A stretch of 64,000 bases of DNA from positions 2,020 to 66,019 of the IMG/VR virus record IMGVR_UViG_3300037246_001058. One strand, 5' to 3'. Positions 47,495 through 57,425 of the stretch are shown piece by piece (within the stretch, counting starts at the first letter, position 1; every line of letters starts with the position of its first letter). Origin of the DNA: a virus. Its lineage: Duplodnaviria; Caudoviricetes. A model generated the notes under the pieces. It did no database searches. It was not told the origin of the DNA and worked only from the letters and a program-made list of their open reading frames with translations. Made by a program: the position numbers and the translations under genes.

Positions 47495-49117
47495 CTATTC
47501 CTTGGTTCCGAGTACCGTTGAGCCTACGCTGGGAGCGGGCTTCTGCTGCGAGCCGAACAGGGTGGTCATCTTTGATTCCACCAGTCTGGCCATGTCCTCG
47601 GGGGTTGACGGGTTACTGACGCCCATTTCCACATCATGCTGGACTGCGTCCTGGGCAGCCTTCACCATCTTGATACGGGTACCGACTACGTTATTTGCCA
47701 GGTCGTTCTTGAGAGACTGCACCCTGATATCGAGCGCCTGTGAAGCAGAGGCCTGCTTGTTGCTTGCGTATGCCTGGCTGTCGAGCCGATCTCTGGCCTC
47801 GGTGTCTCCAGCCTGCATGATGGCTGATGCCTTCTCCGCACCCTCAGTGAATCCACCAAGGAATGTGGGGTTACTACCGAAGCTTGCGGCCATTGCCCCG
47901 AGAGCGGCGGCTCGTCGGAACCTTTCTGAGCGCTGAATGTCAGTCTCTCCGTGCTCCTCGGCAGTGGCTGCATCGAGGTCAAGGACGGTCTTCTCTTGCG
48001 TCATCTTGGCCTTGATGGCGTTGATGTCATCCTCGGGCGCGGGAGTGACGGGCGCTGCCGGAGGCTGCGCTGGTCCCTGCTGCTGTGCCCAGGGCGGGGG
48101 GCCCGGGGGCCGTATTCCCCTGATGTCATCCATGTTCAGGATTCTCTGCTCGCCTGGCAGCTGTGGTACCCGTGCATTGGGGTCGGCCTGGCGGGCCGCC
48201 CTGGTCCGGTCAATCTGACGGAGCTGCGGGTTGCTGAATTGACTCATGTCGAGCCCCTCGTTGCCGGGGACAGCCACTGGCTTCCGCTCGATGCTCCCAA
48301 GGAGAGCGTCTTGCGAATTCTCGGCGCGCGTGAGGGGGAGGGTGTCTGTGGATGGAATGGGAGGCATCCCTAGTGCAGCCCGGCGAGCATTTTCTGCCTC
48401 CAAGGGAGACATGACACCGGTGGTACCGTGTGCGTACGAAGGTCTGATTTGGGGGACTCGGCCACCATCTGCGAAGCCTAGACGCTGACCTGGGGCTTCA
48501 CCCTGTGCTGCTCTCAGCTTATTCTCCATGACCTGCTGCGGGGTCATCCCGTTCTGAATATCTTCCGGTGTATTGAGCGTACTCTGGACCACTCCACCAA
48601 TCCCGAAGGACTGCCTGGGCTGTGGCTGGACGAGCCCACCCGTGGCCAGCTTCTGCGGGGATCGGTTGTAGGCCAGCTGCATCTGCGTGACGTTGCCGCC
48701 TCCGCCACCAGTTGACTGGTGCTGCTTCGTCACAGACCTGCGTGTTGCCGGAGTGGGGCCAGGCGAGATGTTGCCGCCCTGAGGGGCGCCCTGTGCCTGG
48801 TAGCCTGGCTGGAACTGGGGAGGAATCTCCCCCTTGACCGGGCCACCGTGAGAGAAGTTGGGCGCCGCCTGGGGCGGACCAATCTCTGAACGCTTGGCCA
48901 TCATTCGTCCGACGACCGTGCCGGGCTGGACTTCCTGTCCGGCCAGCGTGTTGGCTGCGCTCTTGCGCTGCTGCACTCGCTTGGTCATCTCAATAGCACC
49001 CAGGAATTGGGTGAATGGAGAGTCTCCGGGCTTGCTATCAAGTCCAGATTCAAGTAGCTCGTCCGGGAGCTGCTTGAGCATCTCCTGCTCTTGGGGAATG
49101 TTTCGTCCGAATGCCAT
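47495..49117 (-). CDS. Putative internal virion protein
   Basis: 540 aa, Gln/Pro-rich, with repeated [FL]xxGG motifs. Confidence 0.6.
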   Translation of the reverse strand: MAFGRNIPQEQEMLKQLPDELLESGLDSKPGDSPFTQFLGAIEMTKRVQQRKSAANTLAGQEVQPGTVVGRMMAKRSEIGPPQAAPNFSHGGPVKGEIPPQFQPGYQAQGAPQGGNISPGPTPATRRSVTKQHQSTGGGGGNVTQMQLAYNRSPQKLATGGLVQPQPRQSFGIGGVVQSTLNTPEDIQNGMTPQQVMENKLRAAQGEAPGQRLGFADGGRVPQIRPSYAHGTTGVMSPLEAENARRAALGMPPIPSTDTLPLTRAENSQDALLGSIERKPVAVPGNEGLDMSQFSNPQLRQIDRTRAARQADPNARVPQLPGEQRILNMDDIRGIRPPGPPPWAQQQGPAQPPAAPVTPAPEDDINAIKAKMTQEKTVLDLDAATAEEHGETDIQRSERFRRAAALGAMAASFGSNPTFLGGFTEGAEKASAIMQAGDTEARDRLDSQAYASNKQASASQALDIRVQSLKNDLANNVVGTRIKMVKAAQDAVQHDVEMGVSNPSTPEDMARLVESKMTTLFGSQQKPAPSVGSTVLGTKE

Positions 49118-49127
49118 TTATTTATCC

Positions 49128-50039
49128 TTACCCGAATGCCTGCTGCACTGCTGCGAGGCCAGTTCCCCATCCCGCCATCTGGGATGCCAGTCCTGGCTGT
49201 GCTGAAGTGGTGGTGGTCGTTCCCATCTGGGATGCTGGCAAGCCACTTAGGATGCCAGACATGAAGCTGAGCTGCTGCTTGGGATAGTTGACTTCGTCCC
49301 AGTACTCATTCCTTGCGAGGTCAAGCTCTCGCTGGAGCATCTCTCGTTCGATCGCACCCGACCGACCAAGCTCGTTGGTCATCGACTGCTCGCGCTGGAG
49401 GCTGGCCGTTCCGAGTGCGCTTGCCTCCGCACCGAGTGCGTTGTAGTTGGCTGCACCCTGTCCGAGGCCCTGCATCTTGGCGTCACGGTCAGTGTAGAAC
49501 CCCTGCTGAGCCTGGTTCCAGTTGTCCAGCTCGCCCTGGTTACGGATGTCACCGAGGAGCTGTCCGCGCTCGCCTTCGAGGAAGGCATTCTCAAGCCCGA
49601 CACGGTACGAACCGATCGACCCGCCGCGTGCGACTGAGCCAGCCTGATCCTGATTGATGCGCCGGTCGAAGGACTGGTCGGCCTCGCGGAGCTGCCTCTG
49701 CGTCACTGCTTCGAAGTACGGGTTGCGGCGGGCTTCGTACTGCTCGGCACCAAACTCGCTGTTGGCTACGTCCCACGTCTTGTCCGTGAGGCCTGCCGAC
49801 TTGGAGAGCTGCTCGGCGGCGAACTGTCCAGCGACGTCCCCCCGGTTGAACATCTCTTCCCGCGCGTTGTTGGCGGCAAGCTCCTGCGGAGTCAGCCCAG
49901 CAATCTGCTGACCTTCGTACGCCTGGTATCCGGCAGGATCATAGGCCACTGCCTGAGCCTTGCCGATGAGATCCTTATGTGCTTGCTGTGCCCACCACGG
50001 GAGCGATCCACTCGTCTTGCCGTCTGCGCCACCACCCAT
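49128..50039 (-). CDS. Putative DNA ejection/pilot protein
   Basis: YEGQQIAGLT, NPY, YPKQQLSFMSGIL; Gly/Ala-rich ends. Confidence 0.65.
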   Translation of the reverse strand: MGGGADGKTSGSLPWWAQQAHKDLIGKAQAVAYDPAGYQAYEGQQIAGLTPQELAANNAREEMFNRGDVAGQFAAEQLSKSAGLTDKTWDVANSEFGAEQYEARRNPYFEAVTQRQLREADQSFDRRINQDQAGSVARGGSIGSYRVGLENAFLEGERGQLLGDIRNQGELDNWNQAQQGFYTDRDAKMQGLGQGAANYNALGAEASALGTASLQREQSMTNELGRSGAIEREMLQRELDLARNEYWDEVNYPKQQLSFMSGILSGLPASQMGTTTTTSAQPGLASQMAGWGTGLAAVQQAFG

Positions 50040-50042
50040 GTC

Positions 50043-51290
50043 TTACTCCTTCACCAACGAGGCGGGATTGACCGCGCTCGGTGTTGCTGCTGTGCCCCTG
50101 TGTGCCTTCGACACATCTGCAAGGTGCTGTTGTAGTTTCTTGGCTCCCGCCTCGCGGTCCCCGTTGCCGTAGTCTGCCAGCTGGGGGTTGCTCACGATGA
50201 GTTCGCCCGGCGTGAGGTTGGCGGTGACGCTATCGTCCATGCCATCAGGCTGCGCGGGCTGCCCGCCCTGTGCCTGCATCTCTGCCATCAGTTCCTGTAC
50301 TGCACCCTCTCCGAAGGTGCGCTCAAGCTCCTGCAGGATTTCCTGTGCGGCTGCCTGGTCCTGAATCTCTCCAGAGATAACCTTGATGGCACCCTGCACC
50401 AAGCTCTCTTCGTACTCAGTGAGGCCCTGGTCGGGGATGACTTCTCCACCCTTCGCATAGCCTACAATTCCGCCCGTTGCGTATCCCAGTGAGGCCTGCT
50501 GCTCATCGAAGCCCTCTTCCCATGGCGCCAATAGGTTACCCCAGTCTGTATCAGGATCGTACGGTTCATTGTCGATTTCATAGTTGGTCGCAGTGCCGAG
50601 ATCCATTGTGTTTCTTCCGAACCCGACCGTCCCGGTAGTTGTATCGCTTACCGGTTCAGTGAGTCCCCCACTGGTACTCAATCTGCCGAACCCGCCAGTA
50701 CTCGTAGGCTCAGTGATAACTTCCTCGATAAATGATCCCGGATCTGGTGATCCTGACCGATCGACCTGCTCCATGAACGTTTCGTGCTCTTGCAGTAGAC
50801 GGTAGTCACTCTCTTGGATGTTCAGGTTCTCGGCGTTCCTGTCCGGCATGGCGAAAAACGATTCACTGAGCCCTTCGTACGCATACTTTGGAACGTCCGA
50901 TTGATCTGCAGTATCGGGCACGATAAGGTATCCAGCATTGTCGTAGAATGACCCTTCGATCCGCTTGGTGATGTCTGTGTCGGCGCCTCTGGCGAGTGGC
51001 CTTGCGTTGTCATCTACGATAGGCTCTTGCGTGAAGTACCGGGTGTACCCAACGGATCCGTCATCGCGGATGCCAGTCACTGCCGCGTTTCCAAACCTGT
51101 TGACCTCCTCCCTTGGCGTATTCATGAATTCAGTGCGAGAGTCGTACTCGATGGATGGATCGAACCGCGAGAGCCCGGCGCCTATAGCGCCACCCGACTG
51201 CCCGAGGCCACGCCCTAGCTGACTAAGGCTAGCTCCACCGGGCGCACCGTACGTGCTGCCGCTGGTGCTGCTGAAATTGAGTCCTGCCAT
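50043..51290 (-). CDS. Putative internal virion protein
   Basis: YATGGIVGYAKGGEV and DSVTANLTPGELIV motifs. Confidence 0.6.
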   Translation of the reverse strand: MAGLNFSSTSGSTYGAPGGASLSQLGRGLGQSGGAIGAGLSRFDPSIEYDSRTEFMNTPREEVNRFGNAAVTGIRDDGSVGYTRYFTQEPIVDDNARPLARGADTDITKRIEGSFYDNAGYLIVPDTADQSDVPKYAYEGLSESFFAMPDRNAENLNIQESDYRLLQEHETFMEQVDRSGSPDPGSFIEEVITEPTSTGGFGRLSTSGGLTEPVSDTTTGTVGFGRNTMDLGTATNYEIDNEPYDPDTDWGNLLAPWEEGFDEQQASLGYATGGIVGYAKGGEVIPDQGLTEYEESLVQGAIKVISGEIQDQAAAQEILQELERTFGEGAVQELMAEMQAQGGQPAQPDGMDDSVTANLTPGELIVSNPQLADYGNGDREAGAKKLQQHLADVSKAHRGTAATPSAVNPASLVKE

Positions 51291-52208
51291 TTAGTATCTC
51301 CTCGAAAGGGCGTATTGCCCATCGCGCCTGGCGTAGGGATCGCGAACCTTCTCGTCCCACCAATCGTTGTCTGCTCCGCGTGGAGCCGGGCTCCGAACGC
51401 CTGCCGCGTTGGCCCTCTCGACCGCAGCCTTGAATGTCGTTGAGTTACCAGTCGAGCGCTTGGACTTGCCAGGGGTCTTTTCCTTTTCCCATCCCGCAGT
51501 TCCATACTCGCTGTACTTGCTGTCTTTGTCGCCCTTGCCCTTGCCCTTCTTCTTGGATACGGCGCTGTCGATCTGACCACCCACCAGCCCTAGTCCACCA
51601 GCAACCTTCATTGGATTATTTGCTGCGAACGTCCCGATCTTGCTAAGCAGGCTTGGCGCCTGCTCCGCCGCCAGGACTGAACCCTTGCCTACTGCGCCCG
51701 CTCCCTGAGCCACTGATTGTGTCAGTGCCGGAGCTGTTGTGGTTGCTGTGGTTGCTGCTGTCTCAAGCGCTGTCGTGGCCGGAGCTGTCACCGTCGAGGC
51801 CAGCGAGGATGTTCCAGCTGCATTCGCCAGTAGCGGGGATAGCTCTCCTGCTGCCGCAGCCGAGGATGCTAGCGGGGTCAATCCTGCCGCAGCTGTACCA
51901 AGACCCATCTGTGTGGCTACCGGTGCTGCAGCAGACCATCCTGCGGCGAGTCCCAAGCCGCCAGTTCCAGCTAGTCCCGCGCCTCCGCCCGCCATGCCGG
52001 TGGCTCCTGTTGTTCCGATGCTTGCTGACGCGCCCGCGCCTGCGACACCTCCGGCAGCAGGGCCCATTGCCGCGAGTCCGCCGCCCATTGATGCGCCCAG
52101 TGCCGCACCTCCAATTAGCCGTTGCCAGACAGGGACATCCTTCGGACCCATTTGGGCCATCATTGTGGCGCCCATGATGCCGCCGATCAAGACTAGGGGG
52201 ACTACCAT
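51291..52208 (-). CDS. Gly/Ala-rich putative ejection protein
   Basis: Hydrophobic Gly/Ala-rich 305 aa in the structural operon. Confidence 0.55.
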   Translation of the reverse strand: MVVPLVLIGGIMGATMMAQMGPKDVPVWQRLIGGAALGASMGGGLAAMGPAAGGVAGAGASASIGTTGATGMAGGGAGLAGTGGLGLAAGWSAAAPVATQMGLGTAAAGLTPLASSAAAAGELSPLLANAAGTSSLASTVTAPATTALETAATTATTTAPALTQSVAQGAGAVGKGSVLAAEQAPSLLSKIGTFAANNPMKVAGGLGLVGGQIDSAVSKKKGKGKGDKDSKYSEYGTAGWEKEKTPGKSKRSTGNSTTFKAAVERANAAGVRSPAPRGADNDWWDEKVRDPYARRDGQYALSRRY

Positions 52209-52609
52209 TATGAGATCTCGATGTAGTTAAGGAGGAAGTTGAGGTTGACGCCCGTCGCAGCCAGGACCCAGAGTGTGTTTCCTGGCGCCAGCACTAGCCC
52301 GAAGTTATGCGTTGAGGAGACGCCATCCACCGGGAGTACGGCATTGCACACTGTGAACAAATGCGCTCCCGCGTCCAGTGCTGTCCTGTCGGTGGTGGGA
52401 GTCAAGTAGATGGAATACGTTACTGCGGAGTTGATGATCGAAACGGTGAGGGAAGTAATCTGCGTCTGCGTCACCGGCTGCTGCGCATACGTCACCACGT
52501 CCTCTGCCGTACCCTGGTCGATGGAGTCCGTGACGATGGGGCAGGTGTACAGCAGGTTGATGAGGTTGTCTGACGCGAAGTAGTGTACGTGTCCGAATAC
52601 GTCAGCCAT
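52208..52609 (-). CDS. Putative tail component
   Basis: Beta-rich, LYTCP...LVLAPG.TL...YIEIS. Confidence 0.55.
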   Translation of the reverse strand: MADVFGHVHYFASDNLINLLYTCPIVTDSIDQGTAEDVVTYAQQPVTQTQITSLTVSIINSAVTYSIYLTPTTDRTALDAGAHLFTVCNAVLPVDGVSSTHNFGLVLAPGNTLWVLAATGVNLNFLLNYIEIS

Positions 52610-52805
52610 GTGAGTGAAGTCCTATTGATGGAAGATACTGGTTTCGCTTGAGGGTGTGCGACATTGGTGTCGCCGTTCCGCTTGCTACCTGATTGGCGAT
52701 AGACAGTGCGATGACGAGGATATTCTCAAGCTCTCGCCTGAAGAGATTCTCTGCTGCCGGATCGTACTGTGCCGGAGCTAGTCTGAGTGATGGTGTTGCT
52801 GCCAT
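52602..52805 (-). CDS. Small structural protein
   Basis: MAATPSLRLAPAQYD...; TAATG-coupled. Confidence 0.5.
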   Translation of the reverse strand: MAATPSLRLAPAQYDPAAENLFRRELENILVIALSIANQVASGTATPMSHTLKRNQYLPSIGLHSHG

Positions 52806-55156
52806 TAGTCTTTCCCGTCCGGGCGAACCCTGATTCTCATCGTACCCGTTCTCCACCCGAAGCCCGTGCCACTAGACGAGAGCTTGATTGACACCGACCG
52901 CGCCCGCCCGCGAATGGTCGTGGCGTTGAAGTCCGGGGCGTAGGACGTGGGGCTCTGCGGGTCAGGCAGGAATGTGTCGATTGTGACGGATGATACTGCC
53001 TTCTGTGCCTTGCCCGGCAGGTCACGTCCCTGCATGGATGCCGTGATAGATGAGTCTGAGATTTCCGAGTCCACGTCGAACAGCTGGATATCGGGGATGA
53101 GCTTGTCGTAGAATGCGTAGTGGTAGCCGTCGTCGAGGTCAACCTCGCCACTCTCTATGTGGTGCTCTATGTTGACCCCGTTAGCGCTGGTGCCGCTCTC
53201 TTGATTCATGAGCCTGGAAATCTGTACCTCATTCTGGTCAGTGCCACCGTCCGGGTTGTACTCCTTGACGTATGCCGCGATTGGGTCAGAGAACACGCTT
53301 GAGTCCTGCCATGCCGTTCTGTTCAGGTTCGCCCCGCTGGCCCCGCCAGCACTCTCGCTCAGCGCCACCATGTCGTATGCGCCCATGCTCCACGTGCCGT
53401 TCGAGTAGTTGTACGAGATGTACCGGTTGCACTCGAATGACGAGCCGTCCGGGTAGAACCACATGACCTCGGTGAATGCCGAGTTCACGCCAGCGAAGAC
53501 CTTGTCCTTCTGTTCAGTGTTCAGGTTGTCGAACACGAAGTTCGACAGGTTCTTCGGCAGTGACTGGACTGCTCCGTTATACACGTAGAACTGTTCGTTG
53601 CCCATGAAGTATACGCTGTTGTCTACGGCGATGGCAGACATTCGCGAGTACGCTGCCGCACCAGCACTGATTAGCTGGATCCCGTAGATCTCGGGACTGC
53701 CGACGTACCGCATTGAGTACACACTGGTGTCTGTGAAGATGACGATCTCATCCTTGGTGGCCACGCCCATCATGATGTTCGAGCCGCTACGCAGCACGTC
53801 ACCACCGGCCTCGCCGCTTGCGTTGGGTGTCCACGTGAACGGGTTGTGCCTGTCGCTCCAGCGTACAAGCATTCTGTTCTGTGTGGCTGAGCCGATGTCA
53901 TTACATCCGAAGACGACGACATGACCGTGCCCTTGCGAGATGATGAAGCTGTCCGCTATCGTCGGGGTACTGGTTGAGCCAGTGAATTGAGTCGAGTTGA
54001 TCTCCACCAACGGCAGCGTCGTGGCAGGTACGCCGCTTGATACATTCAAGGAGGTGTCGTAGTAGTACAGTGGTCCGCCACGGTTGTGGGCGATCACATC
54101 CTCACCGAAGTTGTCGATGGACATTGTACGCATGGCCCCGATGCCAACGGCAGCGCTAAGCTCGGATGCCGTGCCCCACCCGCGAGTGGCCCCCTCTACT
54201 GCGTCGTCCGTATCATCGTATGCGAAGAATGTTCCAGACGTTCCACCTGATGCACCGGCTGCAGCTATGTTATATCCAACGTCAATCACGGGATCTGGTG
54301 CACCGGTCACTGTGTTGACCTGCCACCACTTGTCATTTAGGTACGTGAGGTCCAGCCCGCTGACGGTACCAGTGAGCCCCATCACGTATATCCAGTCAAC
54401 TCCGCCAGTCACGAATGTATACGTGGCGTTTGCTATCAGGGTTACGTTCGGCGAGCCCCCGCCAGTGACGGTACAGATCAGTCCGCCGAGTGCGTATGAC
54501 GTGGGGTTGTAGTCCTCGCCGCCCCAGTTGCTGACGCCGAAGCCCGTGCCCTGGGAGGCGCCCATCTGGCCACTTGCGACCTGATAGCGTGCCGTGACCG
54601 TGCCGCCACCATTGGAGGTGGTGCTGGATGCGACCACGTCGGTCTGTATCGTGTACGAGTCATCGTCCGGTACCGACAGGACCTGCCACCCCTGTTGCGG
54701 GGCCTTGAGGATTGCTGGCGTGATGGTTGTTCCGATGGCACTGCCCACTGCCGTGAACTGAACCCAGTCGTTGACGTTCATGCCATGGGCGACGTGGGCT
54801 ACGGTGACCACGGACTCAGTGTCCGTTACATTCAGATCTGACGAGAGGTCTACGTCAAAGGATGCCGATGCGTAGCGTTGCGGCGTGATGTCCGTGACGG
54901 TGGTGCCGGATATGAGATAGTACTTCCACATCGTGCCAACGATCTGAAATTGATTGCCCTCGAAGTCCGTCCATGAATGCAGGGCGCGAGCGATTCCCTG
55001 AAGATCCTGATACTCAGAATCAACCCACCCACCGACGGTCTGGGCGAACTTGTCCCTGAATCGGATGTTGTTCGCATCGAACCACTGCGGCCCAGAGGAC
55101 TGCTGTGTCGATTCCCGGTCAAGACCCGGGGGGATCTCTACTTTCTTGATCGGCAT
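52805..55156 (-). CDS. Tail stabilisation/nozzle protein (P22 gp10-like)
   Basis: 783 aa; W.DANNIRF, DNFGED, VRWSD and C-terminal GWR.G.MR....PDG. Confidence 0.75.
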   Translation of the reverse strand: MPIKKVEIPPGLDRESTQQSSGPQWFDANNIRFRDKFAQTVGGWVDSEYQDLQGIARALHSWTDFEGNQFQIVGTMWKYYLISGTTVTDITPQRYASASFDVDLSSDLNVTDTESVVTVAHVAHGMNVNDWVQFTAVGSAIGTTITPAILKAPQQGWQVLSVPDDDSYTIQTDVVASSTTSNGGGTVTARYQVASGQMGASQGTGFGVSNWGGEDYNPTSYALGGLICTVTGGGSPNVTLIANATYTFVTGGVDWIYVMGLTGTVSGLDLTYLNDKWWQVNTVTGAPDPVIDVGYNIAAAGASGGTSGTFFAYDDTDDAVEGATRGWGTASELSAAVGIGAMRTMSIDNFGEDVIAHNRGGPLYYYDTSLNVSSGVPATTLPLVEINSTQFTGSTSTPTIADSFIISQGHGHVVVFGCNDIGSATQNRMLVRWSDRHNPFTWTPNASGEAGGDVLRSGSNIMMGVATKDEIVIFTDTSVYSMRYVGSPEIYGIQLISAGAAAYSRMSAIAVDNSVYFMGNEQFYVYNGAVQSLPKNLSNFVFDNLNTEQKDKVFAGVNSAFTEVMWFYPDGSSFECNRYISYNYSNGTWSMGAYDMVALSESAGGASGANLNRTAWQDSSVFSDPIAAYVKEYNPDGGTDQNEVQISRLMNQESGTSANGVNIEHHIESGEVDLDDGYHYAFYDKLIPDIQLFDVDSEISDSSITASMQGRDLPGKAQKAVSSVTIDTFLPDPQSPTSYAPDFNATTIRGRARSVSIKLSSSGTGFGWRTGTMRIRVRPDGKD

Positions 55157-56694
55157 TATGCTCCTGAATCGCCAATGGCCCAGTAGGTGCAGTGGTCTGT
55201 CCCGCTCGACACCTTTATGGTGAATGTGCCTGCCGCAGAGCCTGTGACTGTACAGCTCGCATTTTGATTAGCGCCTGTATCTGTATTGTCTGAGTCAACC
55301 ACCATAACTGTCCACAGGGCTGCGCTCATCGTTGCACCAGTACCCGATCCCGCATCACCCAGCGTGACGTCGATGGTATTGCTGGTAAGATCAACCGTGT
55401 TGAAGATGAGTCGCATTGGGCCAATGTCGATACATCCCTGCTTCTCTTCGCCATCGGCGCTGGTCGCGGCGGCAATTGCCTGCGTGGCTGCGCCTGTGAT
55501 ATCAACTGCAACGAGTGCTGCGATAATTGGGTTCCATGCTGCATTGGTGTCCACCTTGGACTCCATGGCGCCGCCGCCGTTTCGAAGTCCGTACCCTGTC
55601 GAACCCTGAAGCGTGGTACCATTGATGTATCCATCAGTGCCCGTGAGCATAATGTCCGGCGTTTCGATGGGAACTATGACGTTCAGTCGCCTGGACCCTA
55701 CCGTTGCGCTTGACAGGATATTGAGATACTCGCTGTTGTCAGTACTCTTGATGCTGAGGGCGCCTGCCTGCGCGTCCTTGATAGTGATCTCGTGGGCTGC
55801 GTCATCTACGATGATGTCGCCCCAGACCCTGAGGTCGATGGGCCCGCCAGTCTCGCCAACGATCACTTCGTCAGAGTTAGTGTCAATGTGGAAGTGCGTA
55901 GCTGCCAGTGCCACGTCCACAAACTTCAGCGAGTCAGCGCTCTGGGCGTTGATGCTGATGATCGAGTCCTTGGCGTTGCCACCCGAGAGGTCCACCTTCG
56001 TATCAGCCCCGGACGTGTTGAGCGTGATGGCTTCTGTGCTGGTGTTGACCTTGATGAGGTCGGTGGTGCCGTCGTTAATGACGAGAGCCGTAGCGGACGA
56101 TGGCTTGATGGCAATAGTGCCGGTGCCAACGAATGTGATCTTGCCAGTGGCCGCTGACAGGACCATGTTGTCGATCTGTGCATTGTTCAGGAGGTTCTGT
56201 ACGCCAGCTGTCCAGCCACCAGTGGTGGTGGCCACCGTGCTGATCCATGCCATCGCTCCGTTCTTGAGCGTGTACTCCCCGCCAGCGCAGTCGAGCTTGA
56301 TGTCCTCTGTGGCGAGGTTGTTCCATACAAGAAATGTTCGGTTCACGTTTGTGGAGGTCGTTGTGCCGCGAATCTTGAGGGTGCCGATTGTAGTCAACAC
56401 GTTGGTCGTGTCTACTAGCTCAACGGCTGCACAGCGCCCCTCCGATCCGCCATCAGAAATGGTTCCGAGCGAGTCAGAGGAATCTAGTAGAACCCAGACC
56501 GCGTCAGATGGTGATCCGAGGCCAGTCGAGGTGGTGGAGCCGTCCGGCATTGCCGTGATGTCGAGCGATACTGATCGCCCGATCGAGTCAGAGAAGCGCT
56601 CGAAGTTCTGGTTCGTGCTCGCTCCCCAGGTACCGGCCTCCAGTCCCGTACCAATCTTCTTGATGCCGAGGTCATTGCTGTATGTAGTTGCCAT
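55156..56694 (-). CDS. Tail fibre/spike-like structural protein
   Basis: N-terminus MATTYS..LG....TG..AGTWG..TN.N; Thr/Gly-rich beta repeats. Confidence 0.65.
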   Translation of the reverse strand: MATTYSNDLGIKKIGTGLEAGTWGASTNQNFERFSDSIGRSVSLDITAMPDGSTTSTGLGSPSDAVWVLLDSSDSLGTISDGGSEGRCAAVELVDTTNVLTTIGTLKIRGTTTSTNVNRTFLVWNNLATEDIKLDCAGGEYTLKNGAMAWISTVATTTGGWTAGVQNLLNNAQIDNMVLSAATGKITFVGTGTIAIKPSSATALVINDGTTDLIKVNTSTEAITLNTSGADTKVDLSGGNAKDSIISINAQSADSLKFVDVALAATHFHIDTNSDEVIVGETGGPIDLRVWGDIIVDDAAHEITIKDAQAGALSIKSTDNSEYLNILSSATVGSRRLNVIVPIETPDIMLTGTDGYINGTTLQGSTGYGLRNGGGAMESKVDTNAAWNPIIAALVAVDITGAATQAIAAATSADGEEKQGCIDIGPMRLIFNTVDLTSNTIDVTLGDAGSGTGATMSAALWTVMVVDSDNTDTGANQNASCTVTGSAAGTFTIKVSSGTDHCTYWAIGDSGA

Positions 56695-57425
56695 TACTGG
56701 GGTCCTTGTCCTTCGTCATTGGCCTTGTACGTATCCGTAGTCTGGCGTTGCTCGGTCATCATCTTGAGCAGCATTACGGCTGCTTGGAATTGCTTCTCGT
56801 ACCCTGCCATTACGTCAGCCTCACCCTTCATGTATATGTACGCCTGCACGAGTGCGCCGTACAGGAGCACGTCTGGCACCATGAGGCTGATCCATGTGGT
56901 GGTGGTGGCGGTAACGCCCGGCGTATTCCCGTTGGTGATGGAGTCGCTGGACAGCTTGCCTTGGTACTCGATCTCAGTGTTGTATACTCCGTTCGGAGCA
57001 GGGGCTAGCATGAGGGTAAGATTGATTTCACCAAAGTTGGAGATGGCCGTCTTTACGGCATAGTACTTCGGGACACCAGTCTCGTCTGACGTAGTGCCCG
57101 GGTATGCTTCCCAGAGAAAGTCGTAGTCCTTCACGAGGAGGTACCGCATCGGGCCACCCGTCTCGATGTTCCCACTCGCCGTCTCGCACAGCCGAATGCC
57201 AGTGATATCCACAAGGCCATCAGGGACGCCATCGGACCCAGAGTAATATCGCTGGTCGGCAACGGTGCTGATGCCCGTGCTGAACTTGGCGAACACTGCG
57301 CCCTGCATGGCCTCGAATGTCTTATCCTCTGCCGAGACGATGAACTCGTTGATGTGGCTGACGAAGGAGGTTTCACTATTCTGACAGTAGTCCTGAATCG
57401 CCGTTTCTAGTTCTGTGTAATTCAT
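56694..57425 (-). CDS. Head-tail adaptor protein
   Basis: MNYTEL..AIQDY...G.PKYYA...P.P...PDVLLYGAL.QAY.YMKG. Confidence 0.7.
   Translation of the reverse strand: MNYTELETAIQDYCQNSETSFVSHINEFIVSAEDKTFEAMQGAVFAKFSTGISTVADQRYYSGSDGVPDGLVDITGIRLCETASGNIETGGPMRYLLVKDYDFLWEAYPGTTSDETGVPKYYAVKTAISNFGEINLTLMLAPAPNGVYNTEIEYQGKLSSDSITNGNTPGVTATTTTWISLMVPDVLLYGALVQAYIYMKGEADVMAGYEKQFQAAVMLLKMMTEQRQTTDTYKANDEGQGPQ

Noticed and set aside
55613-56740. 375-aa plus-strand ORF
   Set aside because: Antisense shadow of the tail fibre-like gene.
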